Counted from the whole stretch's first letter, positions 39,593 to 52,012 are shown. The stretch: DNA of 62,581 bases, filler included, from Atractiella rhizophila (GCA_021432655.1; 29 parts of 29 records of this genome joined end to end with filler, not necessarily neighbours in it); one strand, 5' to 3'. Program-made: numbers and translations. The notes: generated by a model not told the origin, from the letters alone.

Positions 39593-41180
39593 ATGGCTGG
39601 AGACCCCAAGTTGATTAGCAGAGAGGAAGTGAAGGAACGGGTCTCCCGCGGTGAGCTGCTTGTGGTGCACCATACAAAGGTCTACAAGGTTCCCCAATCA
39701 TGGCTCGCCCACCACCCTGGAGGGAATCTCGCTATTCTTCACTTTATTGGGCGAGATGCAACGGACGAAATTGAGGCATATCATACGCCGCACACAATCG
39801 AGAACCGGATGGCCAAGTGGACCATTGGAACGCTCGCAGAAGAAGGATGGGTGCCGCTGGTTCCACCTATTCAAAACGCCGGGAGAGAGGACCTGGAGCT
39901 GCCGCCATGGCATTCCACGAGCCTGAGTATGGAGCGAGAGCAAAGGGTAGCAAAGAGCTTCCGAAAGTTCAAGCGAAAAGTCACAGATCTTGGGTTGCTC
40001 ACCCGGACTGATATCTTTCGGGGCTATGGAAACGACCTCATCCGACTCTCAATCCTTCTGTCCATTTCCATCTACTTTTACATTACCGCCCAGAGAGCTC
40101 CCCTTAAAAGCTGGAGTCAATTTGGCAGCGTTGGTTTTGCAGGCATATTCTTTGGACTCTTCTGGCATCAGCTTACCTTTATCGCTCACGACGCTGGTCA
40201 CACCGGCATAACTGGCGACTGGTACAAAGACCGACTATGGGGAATATTTATTGCTGATTTCATAGGGGGTCTCAGTATTGGTTGGTGGTGTGATGTAGGT
40301 TCCTCCGTTGTCTCATCTGTGCAATTCTTTGAGAGTTTTCCCCAGAATCACAACGTGCATCACCTCGTCACAAACCATCCAGAGCACGACCCTGATATAC
40401 AACATATTCCGTTCTTTGCACTATCTACGAAATTCTTTAACTCTATGTGGTCAACTTATTACAAGCGTGCAATGACTTTCGACAGTGTGTCTAGAATTAT
40501 GGTGCGCATGCAGTATGTAGTTTCTGTTCCCCTCTCATGCTGACACTAACCAACCGAAGGCATAAATCATACTATTTTATTCTTGCCGTCGCTCGCGTCA
40601 ACCTATTTGCTAACTCATATGTATTCCTCTTCAAGAATCGCCACGTTCAAGGACTGCCACGAAAATTGCTGTTCCTTGAACTTTTGGCGCTCTCCTTGTT
40701 CTGGCTGTGGTGGGGCTACGGAGTCGTAGGTCACCTACCAACTGTAGGAACACGATGGCTGTTCGGTTTTCTCGCTTTCATCACAGCCAGCCCAGTGCAC
40801 GTGCAGGTGAGTTCTTGTGGTCCACCATAATTGCCTGTTCCAAGAGTCATCGCCAGATCCTCCTTTCACATTATTCGCAACCGACGGAAGACCCTGGACT
40901 TCTCGAATCCTTCCCGTCCCGTCAACTGCGCACAACCATGGACGTTGATTGTCCTCGCTATCTCGATTTCCTTCACGGTGGTCTGCACATGCAGGTCTCG
41001 CATCATCTCTTTCCTCGGATACCACGACACAATCTGCGGAAAGTGAGGTCCTTACTAGTAGAATGGTGTGAACAAGTGAGACGAGAGGATGCCCAATTCG
41101 GCTACAAAGGGGACGCGTTAGAGTATAAAGCAATGGGATGGATTGATGGGAACAAAAGTGTTATTGCGGGTACGAGGAGT
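39593..41180 (+). CDS. SLD1: Cytochrome b5-fused delta-8 sphingolipid desaturase
   Basis: Cytochrome b5 HPGG motif and His boxes HDAGH, HNVHH and QVSHHLFP; HPEHDPDIQH; several short introns; 3' end off-contig. Confidence 0.9.
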
Positions 41181-41545
41181 TGACAGCTCGATGCCAAGTG
41201 CTAACGTAATGAGNNNNNNNNNNNNNNNNNNNNNNNNNNNNNNNNNNNNNNNNNNNNTTAATTAATTAANNNNNNNNNNNNNNNNNNNNNNNNNNNNNNN
41301 NNNNNNNNNNNNNAACGCAAGGAGACAACATACCAGCTTCCCCGAATGCCCCAGATCCACCTCCAGCACTCTCAACCCAAGAACCATCCACACAAGTCAA
41401 AATCCCAAGGGCGGACGCAGCGAGAACGAGAAGCGAAACCTATGAATCAGGATTAGGAAAAAGAGCATGACCTGAAATAGACTACTATACCCTGAACTAC
41501 GGGAAAGCAAGGTCAAAACCTCAAGCCAAACCAGCAACGTCTCCG

Positions 41546-42088
41546 TTGTCCACAGCACCAACCCAACCAAGCGAGGCGCAAACAGTGGCAACCGATGCCG
41601 CCAACTTCGCATTCGCTTTCGCAACCTCGATCTCGATCGCATTGAACGACGACCCTGCCAGTTATGATGAGGCAAAGCAATCGGAGGACCATAAGCAGTG
41701 GGAGGCTGCGATGGAAGATGAAATTAATCAGTTGAAAAATTATGGAACTTGGAGAAAAGATCTGGTGGACTTACCGGAGGGAAGAAAAGCAATAGGATCT
41801 AAGTGGGTATTTCGTCACAAGAGAGATGAAAAGGGGAGAGTGAAGCGCTACAAAGCGAGGCTAGTAGCACAGGGATTCAGTCATATCTCAGGGCAAGATT
41901 TCAACCATACCTTTGCCCCTGTGGCTCGGTTAGAATCCTTGTGAGCTATTATCGCACTCACAGCAATTAGGGGATGGAAAATACATCTTATGGATGTCAT
42001 CTGAGCTTATCTTAATGGAGAGTTGGAGGAAGAGTTCAAGCTGTACATGAAACAGCCTCCCGAATTCGATGACGGCTCAGGAAGGGTT
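41546..42088 (+). mobile_element. Ty1/Copia reverse transcriptase relic, truncated
   Basis: PASYDEA..WEAAMEDEI..GSKWVF..RYKARLVAQGF..TFAPVARLESL*AIIAL..MDVI*AYLNG..YMKQPP. Stops at 41942 and 42002. Confidence 0.93.
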
Positions 42089-42101
42089 AGGGTTAGGGTT
42101 A
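42083..42101 (+). repeat. Interstitial telomeric repeat (AGGGTT)3A
   Basis: agggttagggttagggtta read directly from the sequence. Confidence 0.85.
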
Positions 42102-42161
42102 ACTGGTCTTTGACATCAACTTACATTCTTTACTGCCTTACCTCGTCACAGCCACAGTCTT

Positions 42162-42479
42162 GAGAGGGGGGGTATTGTCAGGGTTTGTGTATAGAGCATG
42201 ACTCACATTCTGGATTATGTGTCAAATGATCTAGAAGGTTCTATCAGGCATGTAGTAAATAGAGTTAATGGTGGAATATGCTGGAACATTCTGGAACTTA
42301 TGGCTATCTGTGTATAAATACCCTGCCAATGGAGTGAGATATCCAGATTAGTTCTCTTAGGATATCCACTCTACTTGGTTGGTTAGGATCTCTCTTGTAT
42401 CATTGTAATGCTTAGGATATCCACTCTACTTGGCAGCTTCCCCTCATTGCTCACAACAAGAAGAGTGTCAGCCCCAACA
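42162..42479 (+). mobile_element. Polypurine tract plus 3' LTR (42176-42479)
   Basis: PPT GAGAGGGGGGG, then TAT, then TGTCAGGG...CCCCAACA. Internal TATAAATA and a duplicated GATATCCACTCTACTTGG. Homologous to the solo LTR at 51139. Confidence 0.85.
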
Positions 42480-43738
42480 AAAGTGAGCGCCTTCGAGCTC
42501 TTCATCAAAAGCCATTCCTGGTTCCATGCTACCGCAGACCCAATCCCGGAAAAGCCCAACAAAATAGCCAATCGGCCCATTCCCATCGACAATGACGACT
42601 CCCAGCCCTCCTCTCCTGACCAACCCCATTCGTTCCCTACAGCAAGTGCAAAAACGGAAATTCAAGGAACCCCCAGTTTCTAGACACAAAATGGCAACAG
42701 CACACCCCGAAGAGGTCTGCCCAGTTTTGTTGATGCTTCATCAAAGATTTGGGAAACCACAAACCAGACTTGAATCAGAGCAGTGCGTCCCTTCTACATA
42801 TCGTACGCACTTCCCATGTCCGAAGGAGTAGAATGATGTGAACTTTTTCCCCTGGATCCTAGCTCGACTGTGGCAGACTGTTTACTTCACATTTTTCTAC
42901 TACTCATTCTGCATAATCCGGTTCGTCAGTGTCACTCGTTCTCTTCTGCGCTGGCACAAGTCACAAAGCGTCGTCTGACGTGACTCCTTTCCATCAATAG
43001 ATAGAGAACTGGGATGAACTTCCGTTTCGTCGCCAACTGTATCACTACCAGTCTACAGGAAGCTGTCCACTTCAACATCACAGATTGTTTGCTTTATGAT
43101 AGTGTCATTCAAGCCAACAACAACTCAAGCGGGACTATACACATTCTTTCCCTCCGTAGCCTTCACGCTTTTGAAAATTCACCGTGGAAAGAGTTCCCGT
43201 TTGCTCTGACGACGCATCCACGAATCTCCACACTATAGACCTCAATAATCGTTCCTGAGTTTGATCAGTTGGAATGGGAATGGGGAGTATCCTGTGTGCC
43301 CCTTTGTACCTTAGCCTGGGTTTTTGGGGGTGTGGGGTGCCATAATAATGCGCTGTAANNNNNNNNNNNNNNNNNNNNNNNNNNNNNNNNNNNNNNNNNN
43401 NNTTAATTAATTAANNNNNNNNNNNNNNNNNNNNNNNNNNNNNNNNNNNNNNNNNNNNAACATGCCACCCTCTTTCCAATTCTTGCTCGTCCAGCAGCTC
43501 ATTTCTCGCCTGTATTACGTTCAAAACCTCGTCAATTGCTGCCTTAACTTCAGTGTTACGCGCTAGAAACTGCACTTTTAAAGATCAGTCTTAGCTATAT
43601 CTCGTAGAAAACGCGTACAAGATTCCAGTTTCTGGAGCAGACCTGTCGTTGATTCTGTCCCAGAAGAAGAATCCATTTCTCCCAAAGTTGTTGGTTGTGT
43701 TAGATGCGATCGCATTTTTCCCTTACAAGGTTGTCGAT

Positions 43739-44758
43739 TAGGGATGGCAATCGGATCGCACCGTCCCAGACGTACGTGTCCGATACGTGTACCGTACCCG
43801 TCCGTCCTGCTTGACTGTTCTTCAGGACGATACGATACGATACGCCATCCTCCACGTCCCGTCCGTTTTCATCCAGAAAATCCGTCGTATTACGGGTTAC
43901 GGTGGCGGAAGGCATTTTGCAGCTGGAGCAATGGGTTACAAAGGAGGACAGTGGAGGCGATGGTCCGTGCTTCCTTTTCAGCGTTCTTAAATTCTTCAAC
44001 AAAACTGACACATTGAGGCTGCAGCTTATGAAACAAGACGAGCGCTCGCACCGATAACACATCCTTCCTCTCCTCAAACATATAAACGTCTTCGACTCTC
44101 TCCATTCTCGATTATCTCGCTTCTATCGGTTATGGTCCAAAGGCGGGAGCGGATGAAAATAGAGTAATGAAGTAAATTAACCATCTCTTCAAGCATGTAA
44201 CCCTGGCTTGGGAGCTGATCCACTTTCCTTTTGAAGTAAGAGTCAAAGCACAACTTGCACAACTTGTCTTTTCTGGCTCGAGATATTCTGGCTATTTCAG
44301 AACGTGTCTCCCCAAAGTGTTCTCACTTGCTTTCAGGGTTTTCAGGGCTATATGTTGTGCTGTGGGAGTCAAGCACATCTTCTCTGCTGCTCGTGATACC
44401 ATAGGTATTTGCTGTCATTGTCCAGATACTGAGATACACGACGTTATCATGCTCAGGATCACATTGCGCGCTTCCTTCGGAAATCTCAGCTTACAGAGTT
44501 TGCAAATAGAGCTGATGACATTGGAGGATGACGTTGCAGAGCTGGTCAGAAGCGACGAAAGTGTGACACGTGACACTTAAGACGTGATGAAATTGCTATA
44601 TGCCATATAACCCGTAATCCGTCGTATTCTCCCGTTTTCCGCCGTACTCGTACGTATCTGACAATGGAAATTTGTTACGGTACGATACGAGCCGAGACAG
44701 GACACGTACCGTCCGGAAGTGGTGCTGAGACGACGATACGGTACGATAGCCATCCCTA
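43739..44758 (+). mobile_element. Complete non-autonomous hAT element (1020 bp) with 8-bp TSD
   Basis: TIRs TAGGGATGGCAATCG / CGATAGCCATCCCTA; TSD TTGTCGAT at 43731-43738 and 44759-44766; subterminal CGTAC/ACGAT repeats; internal hAT dimerisation relic DPLSF*..LSFLARDILAI..AVGVKHIFSAARDTI. Confidence 0.93.
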
Positions 44759-45601
44759 TTGTCGATTGAGCGTCAACGACAATCTTGGAGTCGCTAAACA
44801 TTCATGGCCTTCTAAGGTGCACTCTGAAGGAGCGGAAAGTGTGTTGAAATCGAGGTAAAAGCCTATCCAAACGGCCCTAGGACTTGGTGGTGCGTGCCTC
44901 ATTCCTCATATTATTACGGGTGTTTGATCTCTTTGACTATTGATGTGCAACGCTATCCAGAACGCAAATTGTCTGACTGAGCGCTATGTATGATTTTTTA
45001 TACTACACAAAGCGTTCTGCGGCTTCTTTCGTAAGCTCTCTGGCATAAACGCGTCGGTATCAATTGCGCATACAGTTACTCGTGCTGAGTGCTGCAAGCC
45101 TTCAATTTCCTTATCCTCCTGACATTCAGCTTTAAAGGAGGCGGATTCCTGTGGAATACAAAATGGGAATGTATTCGCTTTATAGCTTATTTTGAACGCT
45201 CGATTCTAGCATTGCATGAATAATGAGAGTCTTAGAAATGAGGACGGAAACGGCTGCTTCAGGTCAATGCGCCAGGCGGAATATAGTCGACCAATCGAGC
45301 AGACGTTCCACTAAAGTGGAAGTATTCAGAGCCGAATGATGCCCATGCTAAATCCTGCATTAATTTGTGCTTTCCTGAAGCCGCCGTGCTTGAGTGGCCT
45401 GCACGAAAATCGAGGACTAATGGGTGCTGTTCAACGCAGTCTTTGAGTTTGAGCTGTTCACCCGCATGGTAGTTTGGTGGAAAGTGCGCAAATTTCAAGA
45501 GNNNNNNNNNNNNNNNNNNNNNNNNNNNNNNNNNNNNNNNNNNNNTTAATTAATTAANNNNNNNNNNNNNNNNNNNNNNNNNNNNNNNNNNNNNNNNNNN
45601 N

Positions 45602-47639
45602 ACCTTTCAAAGCTTTGGACTTATTTAGAGCTAAAGTGAAAAGCGGAAAGAGCTTAAAGGATTCTGGGAGGATGAGCTAGTACAACATTAGCATGATGGC
45701 TAGACCGCGATTGTAAAATTACCTGTCCGGGGGAAGTGGAGGAGGCACAATGTTTGCGATAGGCAAGTAACACCTTGACACAGACCTCTGTCAGGTGATC
45801 TCGAACTTGACGAAGGGTCTTGGAAAGGGCAAGAGCCATGACTATTGGAGAGAGAGAATCAATCTTGGCCGAAATGCATCGAAGAACATACCTTGCTTCG
45901 CGACGCAAGCGAGAGTAGTATCCATGTCAGCGTACCTAAAAACGTCTCCAAGCACGGTCGATACTGGAATGGCGAGGTTATGCGTTCGAACTCGCCGCTC
46001 TCCGGTCGCGGTGGTGTAAAGAACGGCACATTGAAAATGAGCCTCTTGTTTCTCATCCAATTTCCCTTCATGCTTCACGATCGCCGCAATCGCCTTGTCC
46101 GCATCGATGATTCCAAACTCAACATCGGTGCTGTTCCTCATAAAGAAATTTCCAAAGTGATCCGACACACGAAGGCCTGTACAGAGCTTTCAGTCCAAGA
46201 ATCAAGCAAAGGGTGAATTGGGTGACGAACCGTTTGAACAACGGATACGCATTGTTGCGTTATAACGAGTCTCACGAACAGCGATCCGCTTGATCTCCGC
46301 AAGAAGTTTTGTCCCATCACGAACGGGGTCGAAGCGAGGGTAGAAAAATATCTCTCCACCAGTTAAACCAGACAGGACGCCTGGAAGGCGTTAGACCCAA
46401 CGAAGTAACGTTAGATGACAAGGCTCACCAACTGTGGCCACGTCGATATATTGGCTTGGGAACAAGAAGACGTTGACCCCAATGCCTGACAGTACACATT
46501 CTTCCGCGAGCTGACGGTACAGTGGATCTTGAGGTGCGAAGAGGGTCCGTTCCTTATCAGTATTGTATATGGTATTGTTCTCCCGGTGTTTGAGTGAGCC
46601 TGGTCCCATTGTCGGTAGTGTAGTTTGGAAAATGTTCAAGATTCCACCGCTCGATTTCTGTGAGACGTAAGCTTTTAATGGAAATTGATAGTAAAGGGAT
46701 TTACGAGTGCGGAAAGAGTGGCTTGCAAAGGTGCTCCCACAAGAGCAGCTTCTACCGTTTTGTTTTGTGCAAAATAGCCAGGTATTGAGTCTAACAAGGC
46801 TTCTATCGTCGATCTGATGCGAAGAAACATCAACTATGGCATAAACCTAGAGAATGGCACTAACCGATTCTCGACAGGATCGCAAAGGAATCCATCACTC
46901 AGGGGTACAAACATATCTTCTAAATCGGCAACGACGAGCATGGTTGCTTGTTCACCCTAAAGATGAAAACGGGTCGTTTGAAATAGCCCAATGTTCAAAG
47001 AACCAACGTACAGCCATGTTGTAGAAGTGAGCGGTCCGATCGAAAGTGATGATAGCGACCTTTCCGCCTTGTGGAATAAACGGTAACATCTCTTTAATGC
47101 CTTCAGCGACTTTATCGACGACTCTCGAAGTGACGCTAGTCCAGCTGACGTCGATGGCGAAAATGTAGTTCAGAGGTTGGGGAGTCCGTGGCGATTCGTT
47201 CAGAGCAGTCGGAGGGCTATGATATTCTTTATGAACACGAAAGTCCAATGATCCGCGATAGAGCTCCGGTCTGCTGGCGAGATCCACTCGCCGACCAGAC
47301 ATATCGAGATGGCAGAAATATTCCCCATGCACTGCTTCTCGTCAGTCCGTTAAAGCTTTGTGCGCATGGCATACCTTCGGTGGCTCCTCCGCACAGGTTG
47401 CACACAAACTTTTGCCCTCCTTCGATGAAGACACACCAAGGATTGATATAACCACGGCAGTGGCTGCATCGTGGAGGTCCAGTTTCGCCGAAATCGACCA
47501 CAGGAACTTCACCTTCCTGTGGTCGGGTTTGCGCAAACGGTTGAATAATGAGACCGAATGGCATCTTTGCTTGCGCAGCCAGTTCGACAGTAGCAGGGAT
47601 GCAGTAAGTTGTAGAACGCATGAACCGTGGGTTGCAGTT
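45602..47639 (-). CDS. SEC24: COPII coat subunit Sec24 family (Sec24C/D-Sfb3-like), internal fragment
   Basis: NCNPRFMRSTTYCIP..PFGLIIQPFA, Zn finger RCSHCRGYINPW..CNLC, RPELYRGS, YIFAIDVS and FQCAVLYTTATGERRVRTHN. Confidence 0.93.
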
Positions 47640-48800
47640 NNNNNNNNNNNNNNNNNNNNNNNNNNNNNNNNNNNNNNNNNNNNTTAATTAATTAANNNNN
47701 NNNNNNNNNNNNNNNNNNNNNNNNNNNNNNNNNNNNNNNGTAGAGCGCCGGGGTCCTCTTCGCTCTTCTTTGACTTCCCTCTCTTCTTCTTGCTTGCACC
47801 AACCACATTTGTCTGTCCCCCTGCCCCAGCTTGATGGGTGTGGGCCGGATGTCTGATGGCTCGATAGGCCCAGATGGAATGCCATTGCTATTGGGAGGAT
47901 ACGGGAAGCGAGAGTCCTCGCTGCATGGCGGCACAGGAACGAGACCATGCTCTTGTAGACGGGGTGGTCGAAGATGGTTTTCCGTAGGAGGGGGAATTGC
48001 ATTGTCGTAACCCTGTTGCAAAGGCGAGAGTGAAGTGGCGGTTTTGTTCAGGAGGAGTGAGATCATGGTCTATGTAAGGAGGTGCGATTTTGAGAATGCG
48101 AGGAGAAGTCAGAGGAAGGCAGTGAGCAGTAGAACGAAATGGAGGTGGTGGAATTAGATGTTCTTTGGCTTCAAGGGTCGAGGTGGTGCCCACAAGAGGA
48201 TCTGTACGGTGCTGTGACTTTCCATGCAACGATTTGAGTACTTGCCTGGTGCCATACTATTCTTGAGAGCTTTGGTGACTCTCAGCCAGCCTCCCTATAC
48301 AGCTAAAGTCCAGAAGTAATGGCATCAGATCCATCGAATCCGGATATGCCTCCTTCCATCACTTGCATAAAAGTTGCGCGACCTTTGCACCCCTCACCAC
48401 GGCTTGAAGCAGCTTCGCAATCGCATCCCGCGAACCCACATTCTCCCATTTCTTCAAGCAGAACTGCATCTCCTCACCCAGGCTATTGTGGCCGAGCATA
48501 TTTCCTTGAGGATTGTTCCACAGGTCTTCAGAGCTGTACTTGTCGTCATCTGCATCAATCGGAAGGTTGATATCGCATTCTGCTGATGTTACGGCAATGA
48601 GAAGGCGTTTCGTCGCTGATTATGCAAGTGTTTCGCCTTCAACAGTACGAGAATTGGCATGGCAGAGAGGTAGCACACGGTCTTTGATAAATGCTGTCAG
48701 GCATGGAGACGGAGCTGTTTTGGTTCTCGAGTAGCTTGTTCTGCCTGGCCCTCTTCTCTCTAAGTGGATCATTCAGGAGATTCGCCTGCGTGCAGAGTAC

Positions 48801-49776
48801 TCAGTGTTGAGCAATTTGGGAAGCTGAAAAACACACCATTGGTCTGTACCTCTTCCTGCTCATTGTCTTCTCGACCAATCTTGCCACTGTGCCGATAGAA
48901 GCACTGCTTTCTTCAAGCCCTGGTCCTCTTTGGCCCCATTTGTGCCCAAGGAGAGAGAGATGCTCACCTTGATCCGCATGCAATCTCTCTACCCCATTTC
49001 TCCTCTCCTGCAGCGCGACACCTACATCGATACTCACCTTCCTCTTCATTCCCCTTTTAGCAATCCAGCCTCCATCCTTGTCGTCTGCTGAATCATCTTC
49101 ATCGTCATAATTGTAGGCACTTCCTCTCCTATTCCTCAGGACACCAGTGACAAAGATGCGCGCCATCCAGTCAGTCTTTCCAAGACAAAGAACTGAACTG
49201 TAGTCCTCCTCGAGTTTGTGCAGGATGTTTGGAAGATAGGTGGTTTTGCAGACACCTGTCTGGTTCTTGATCGACTTCGTAGCATCAAGGTAGGTTCTCG
49301 TGTAGAGCGTGGCATCATTTCGGATGACATCGGCGGTTGCATTGGACAACTATGTTGCTCCGATGACAGTATTATCGATTTCATCAAAGAGGAGCTGATG
49401 TAGCACCTGGACTGGATCGAGGATATTGTTCTGAGCACTGTTACGTATTGAGGCCGCTGCTTGTCTGCGTTCCCAAAAGATCCCAAGGTAATCGTCATCT
49501 TCCTTGCTGATAATCGGCTGGTATGGTTTCACTGGCTTTTTTGATCCAATCTTCTGTCGAAATTCCAGTGCCTGTTTCCATGGCCATTGCTGCTATGCCT
49601 CCCATGGGCTGTTTCAACATCGAATCTGCAGGCAGAAGAACCTTTTTGGCTTTGTCAATGTCCAGCCTCAATGAATCCACCTCCTCATCCTTCTCCTTGT
49701 AAAACTTCTTCCACTTATCTTTGTCCATCTGTTCCCTCTCCAAAGAGCTCTCCAGCTCAAATACCTTCAACTCGAG
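48801..49776 (-). pseudogene. Disrupted hypothetical coiled-coil / possibly TE-associated protein
   Basis: Three consecutive ORFs (49495-49770, 49350-49532, 48801-49349) separated by a frameshift and an in-frame TAG; no family recognised. Confidence 0.35.
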
Positions 49777-49876
49777 NNNNNNNNNNNNNNNNNNNNNNNN
49801 NNNNNNNNNNNNNNNNNNNNTTAATTAATTAANNNNNNNNNNNNNNNNNNNNNNNNNNNNNNNNNNNNNNNNNNNN

Positions 49877-50104
49877 GTTGGTGGTCAATAATGAGCACAT
49901 TAGATAAGTATAGAGAGACATACCTAGGAGTGGTTGGTGGTCAATAATGAGCACCAACACTCCTAGGCAGAACTAAACTACATAGTGATGACTCATACGA
50001 GTCATAAGAGTCATAAGAGGCAGATGACCAAAACAACACACTACAACTAACACAAAGGAGCAAGTGCAGAAAAAGAGGAAGAAAAGCAAGGGCCGGACTC
50101 TACA
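49877..50104 (-). mobile_element. Probable LTR terminus of a second retrotransposon family
   Basis: The minus strand starts TGTAGAGTCCGGCCC at 50104. Contains a 22-bp direct repeat GTTGGTGGTCAATAATGAGCAC and a hairpin; the other end is off-contig. Confidence 0.4.
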
Positions 50105-50958
50105 TTGTGAGTGGTGCATGGATCCAGGTATAATCTGTTCAAACAGTTGTCACATCACAAGTTGGGATAAAGCAAAGTACCACTGATTTAGGGTGTCGGC
50201 ATTCCTTCACTATGCAAACAGAAATTGCAGATAAATTATTAGGAATGGGTTCAGAAGTCTGCTGCAGCTGCCAATATACACCTCAAGGGCTCTGTGAGGC
50301 AAACAGCCCTATACAAACAAGGAAGCCGTTGTTAAAGAGGTATGCCGTTCCTCATTCTCCTTTCCTCTCCTCTGTACTCTCTCCAGCCTATCTGAACATT
50401 TCTCAGCCAAATTAGATTCTAAAATGTTATCCTGAGCTCTACAAATTCAACAAGCCTGATTCTGTCCTGCAAAACCTCTACAGGAGTACTCACAGAATAG
50501 GCGTGATAATACAAGCAAGATGAGCAAGACCATCTTTGAAACGGTTTGTATGTCTGGTATACATATGTTAGCTTCATCTTGTAATACATGTTACTAACAT
50601 CAATACAGCGATCTCTATCTCCCACACCGTTAGTGCAGTTGCGTCCAGCTCAAGACTTTTATGTGGTGTACTCACGTCTTCAAACACCTTCACTAATGGC
50701 AGTGATGGAATGACAACAACAAAGGATGCCTATACCACATAGGGAGCAATGACAAGGACTAAAACAATGGTATCGCGCATTTGAGGGAATGGGAACCCAT
50801 GAGCTGTCAATCGGATGGATGATGAGGTTGAGGTCCAGGAGAAGGAGCATAGTTCAGAGGATAGTATGGGTGAGAGTATGAATGATTCTTGTCCAGGTCC
50901 AACTGAGATATGCCATTCCTTTATAGTTTTGTTATTGTTTGAGCTCATGAGCTCAATT

Positions 50959-51024
50959 TAAACAATTCACTTCCTGTACATAAACAATTCACTTCCTGTA
51001 CATAAACAATTCACTTCCTGTACA
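50959..51024. repeat. Perfect tandem repeat, 22 bp x3
   Basis: (TAAACAATTCACTTCCTGTACA)3. Confidence 0.95.
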
Positions 51025-51138
51025 TACAAGTGATATGTATATTGTACAAACAGCGCTAATTTAGACAGCCCGATAATCTTGAATGCACCTTATTCCAGTT
51101 AAAAACAGGTGGATATCCCAGTTGAAAGAGGTTTCTGA

Positions 51139-51397
51139 TGTTAGGGTTCACTTCTGAAGCATGACTCATGTTCTGGAATATATAACAAATGGTCTAAAAG
51201 GTTCTGTTGGGCATGTGGCAAATAGAGTTAACAGTGGAATATGCTGGAACATTCTGGACTTGTGGCTGTCTGTATATAAATACTCTTGTGATATCCACTC
51301 TACTTGGCAGGTTAGTATCTCTCTTCTATCATTATAATAATACCCAGGATATCCACTCTACTTGGCAGCCTCTACTTACAGAATGTCAGCCCTGACA
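51139..51397 (+). mobile_element. Solo LTR (259 bp) with 5-bp TSD
   Basis: TGTTAGGG...CCCTGACA flanked by TCTGA at 51134-51138 and 51398-51402. Homologous to LTR 42176-42479. Confidence 0.92.
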
Positions 51398-52012
51398 TCT
51401 GATTCCTGTATTCTCCTCCATGGCATGTGGATATTTCATGTTCTCCAATCCTGTATCTTTTCCGGAAATTACCAGTAAGTCATTGCTTTATCCCAATTTA
51501 TTACTGTTTCTTATTGTTTTACATCACACCTCTTTCCTAGAAAAGACATCCACAGTGTATCTGCTCTCCATAGGTGCCAATGGACATTTCTTCCCACTGC
51601 TTATACGTTTATGATAGAAAGATGTTGACATTACAATGAGCACAGAAAACTCTCTCAAGTATCCCAAGAAAAGGTCCATACACCTTTTGTGAGAACTATG
51701 ACAATATGTGCAAACACTGTACCAACTTGTCCAGCAGTACATTGCATGCTTAAGGATCGATATCAGCGTCCACTTTCTTCTTTGCCCCTTTGACCAGCGC
51801 CGCTAGGTTTATCCCTATACAATTGCTGCAATGCTGTGTTCCTATGCTTGTCACAGTGGAGGGAATGTGTGGATTAGCCTGAGATTTAATGATACCCAAT
51901 TCTAGATCCAATNNNNNNNNNNNNNNNNNNNNNNNNNNNNNNNNNNNNNNNNNNNNTTAATTAATTAANNNNNNNNNNNNNNNNNNNNNNNNNNNNNNNN
52001 NNNNNNNNNNNN

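Noticed and set aside
41942..42004. In-frame TGA codons in the Copia RT as recoding or an alternative genetic code
   Set aside because: Host genes use standard stops. These are better explained as CGA-to-TGA type decay in a dead element.
50959..51024. 22-bp repeats as a CRISPR array
   Set aside because: No spacers, eukaryotic context and no cas genes.
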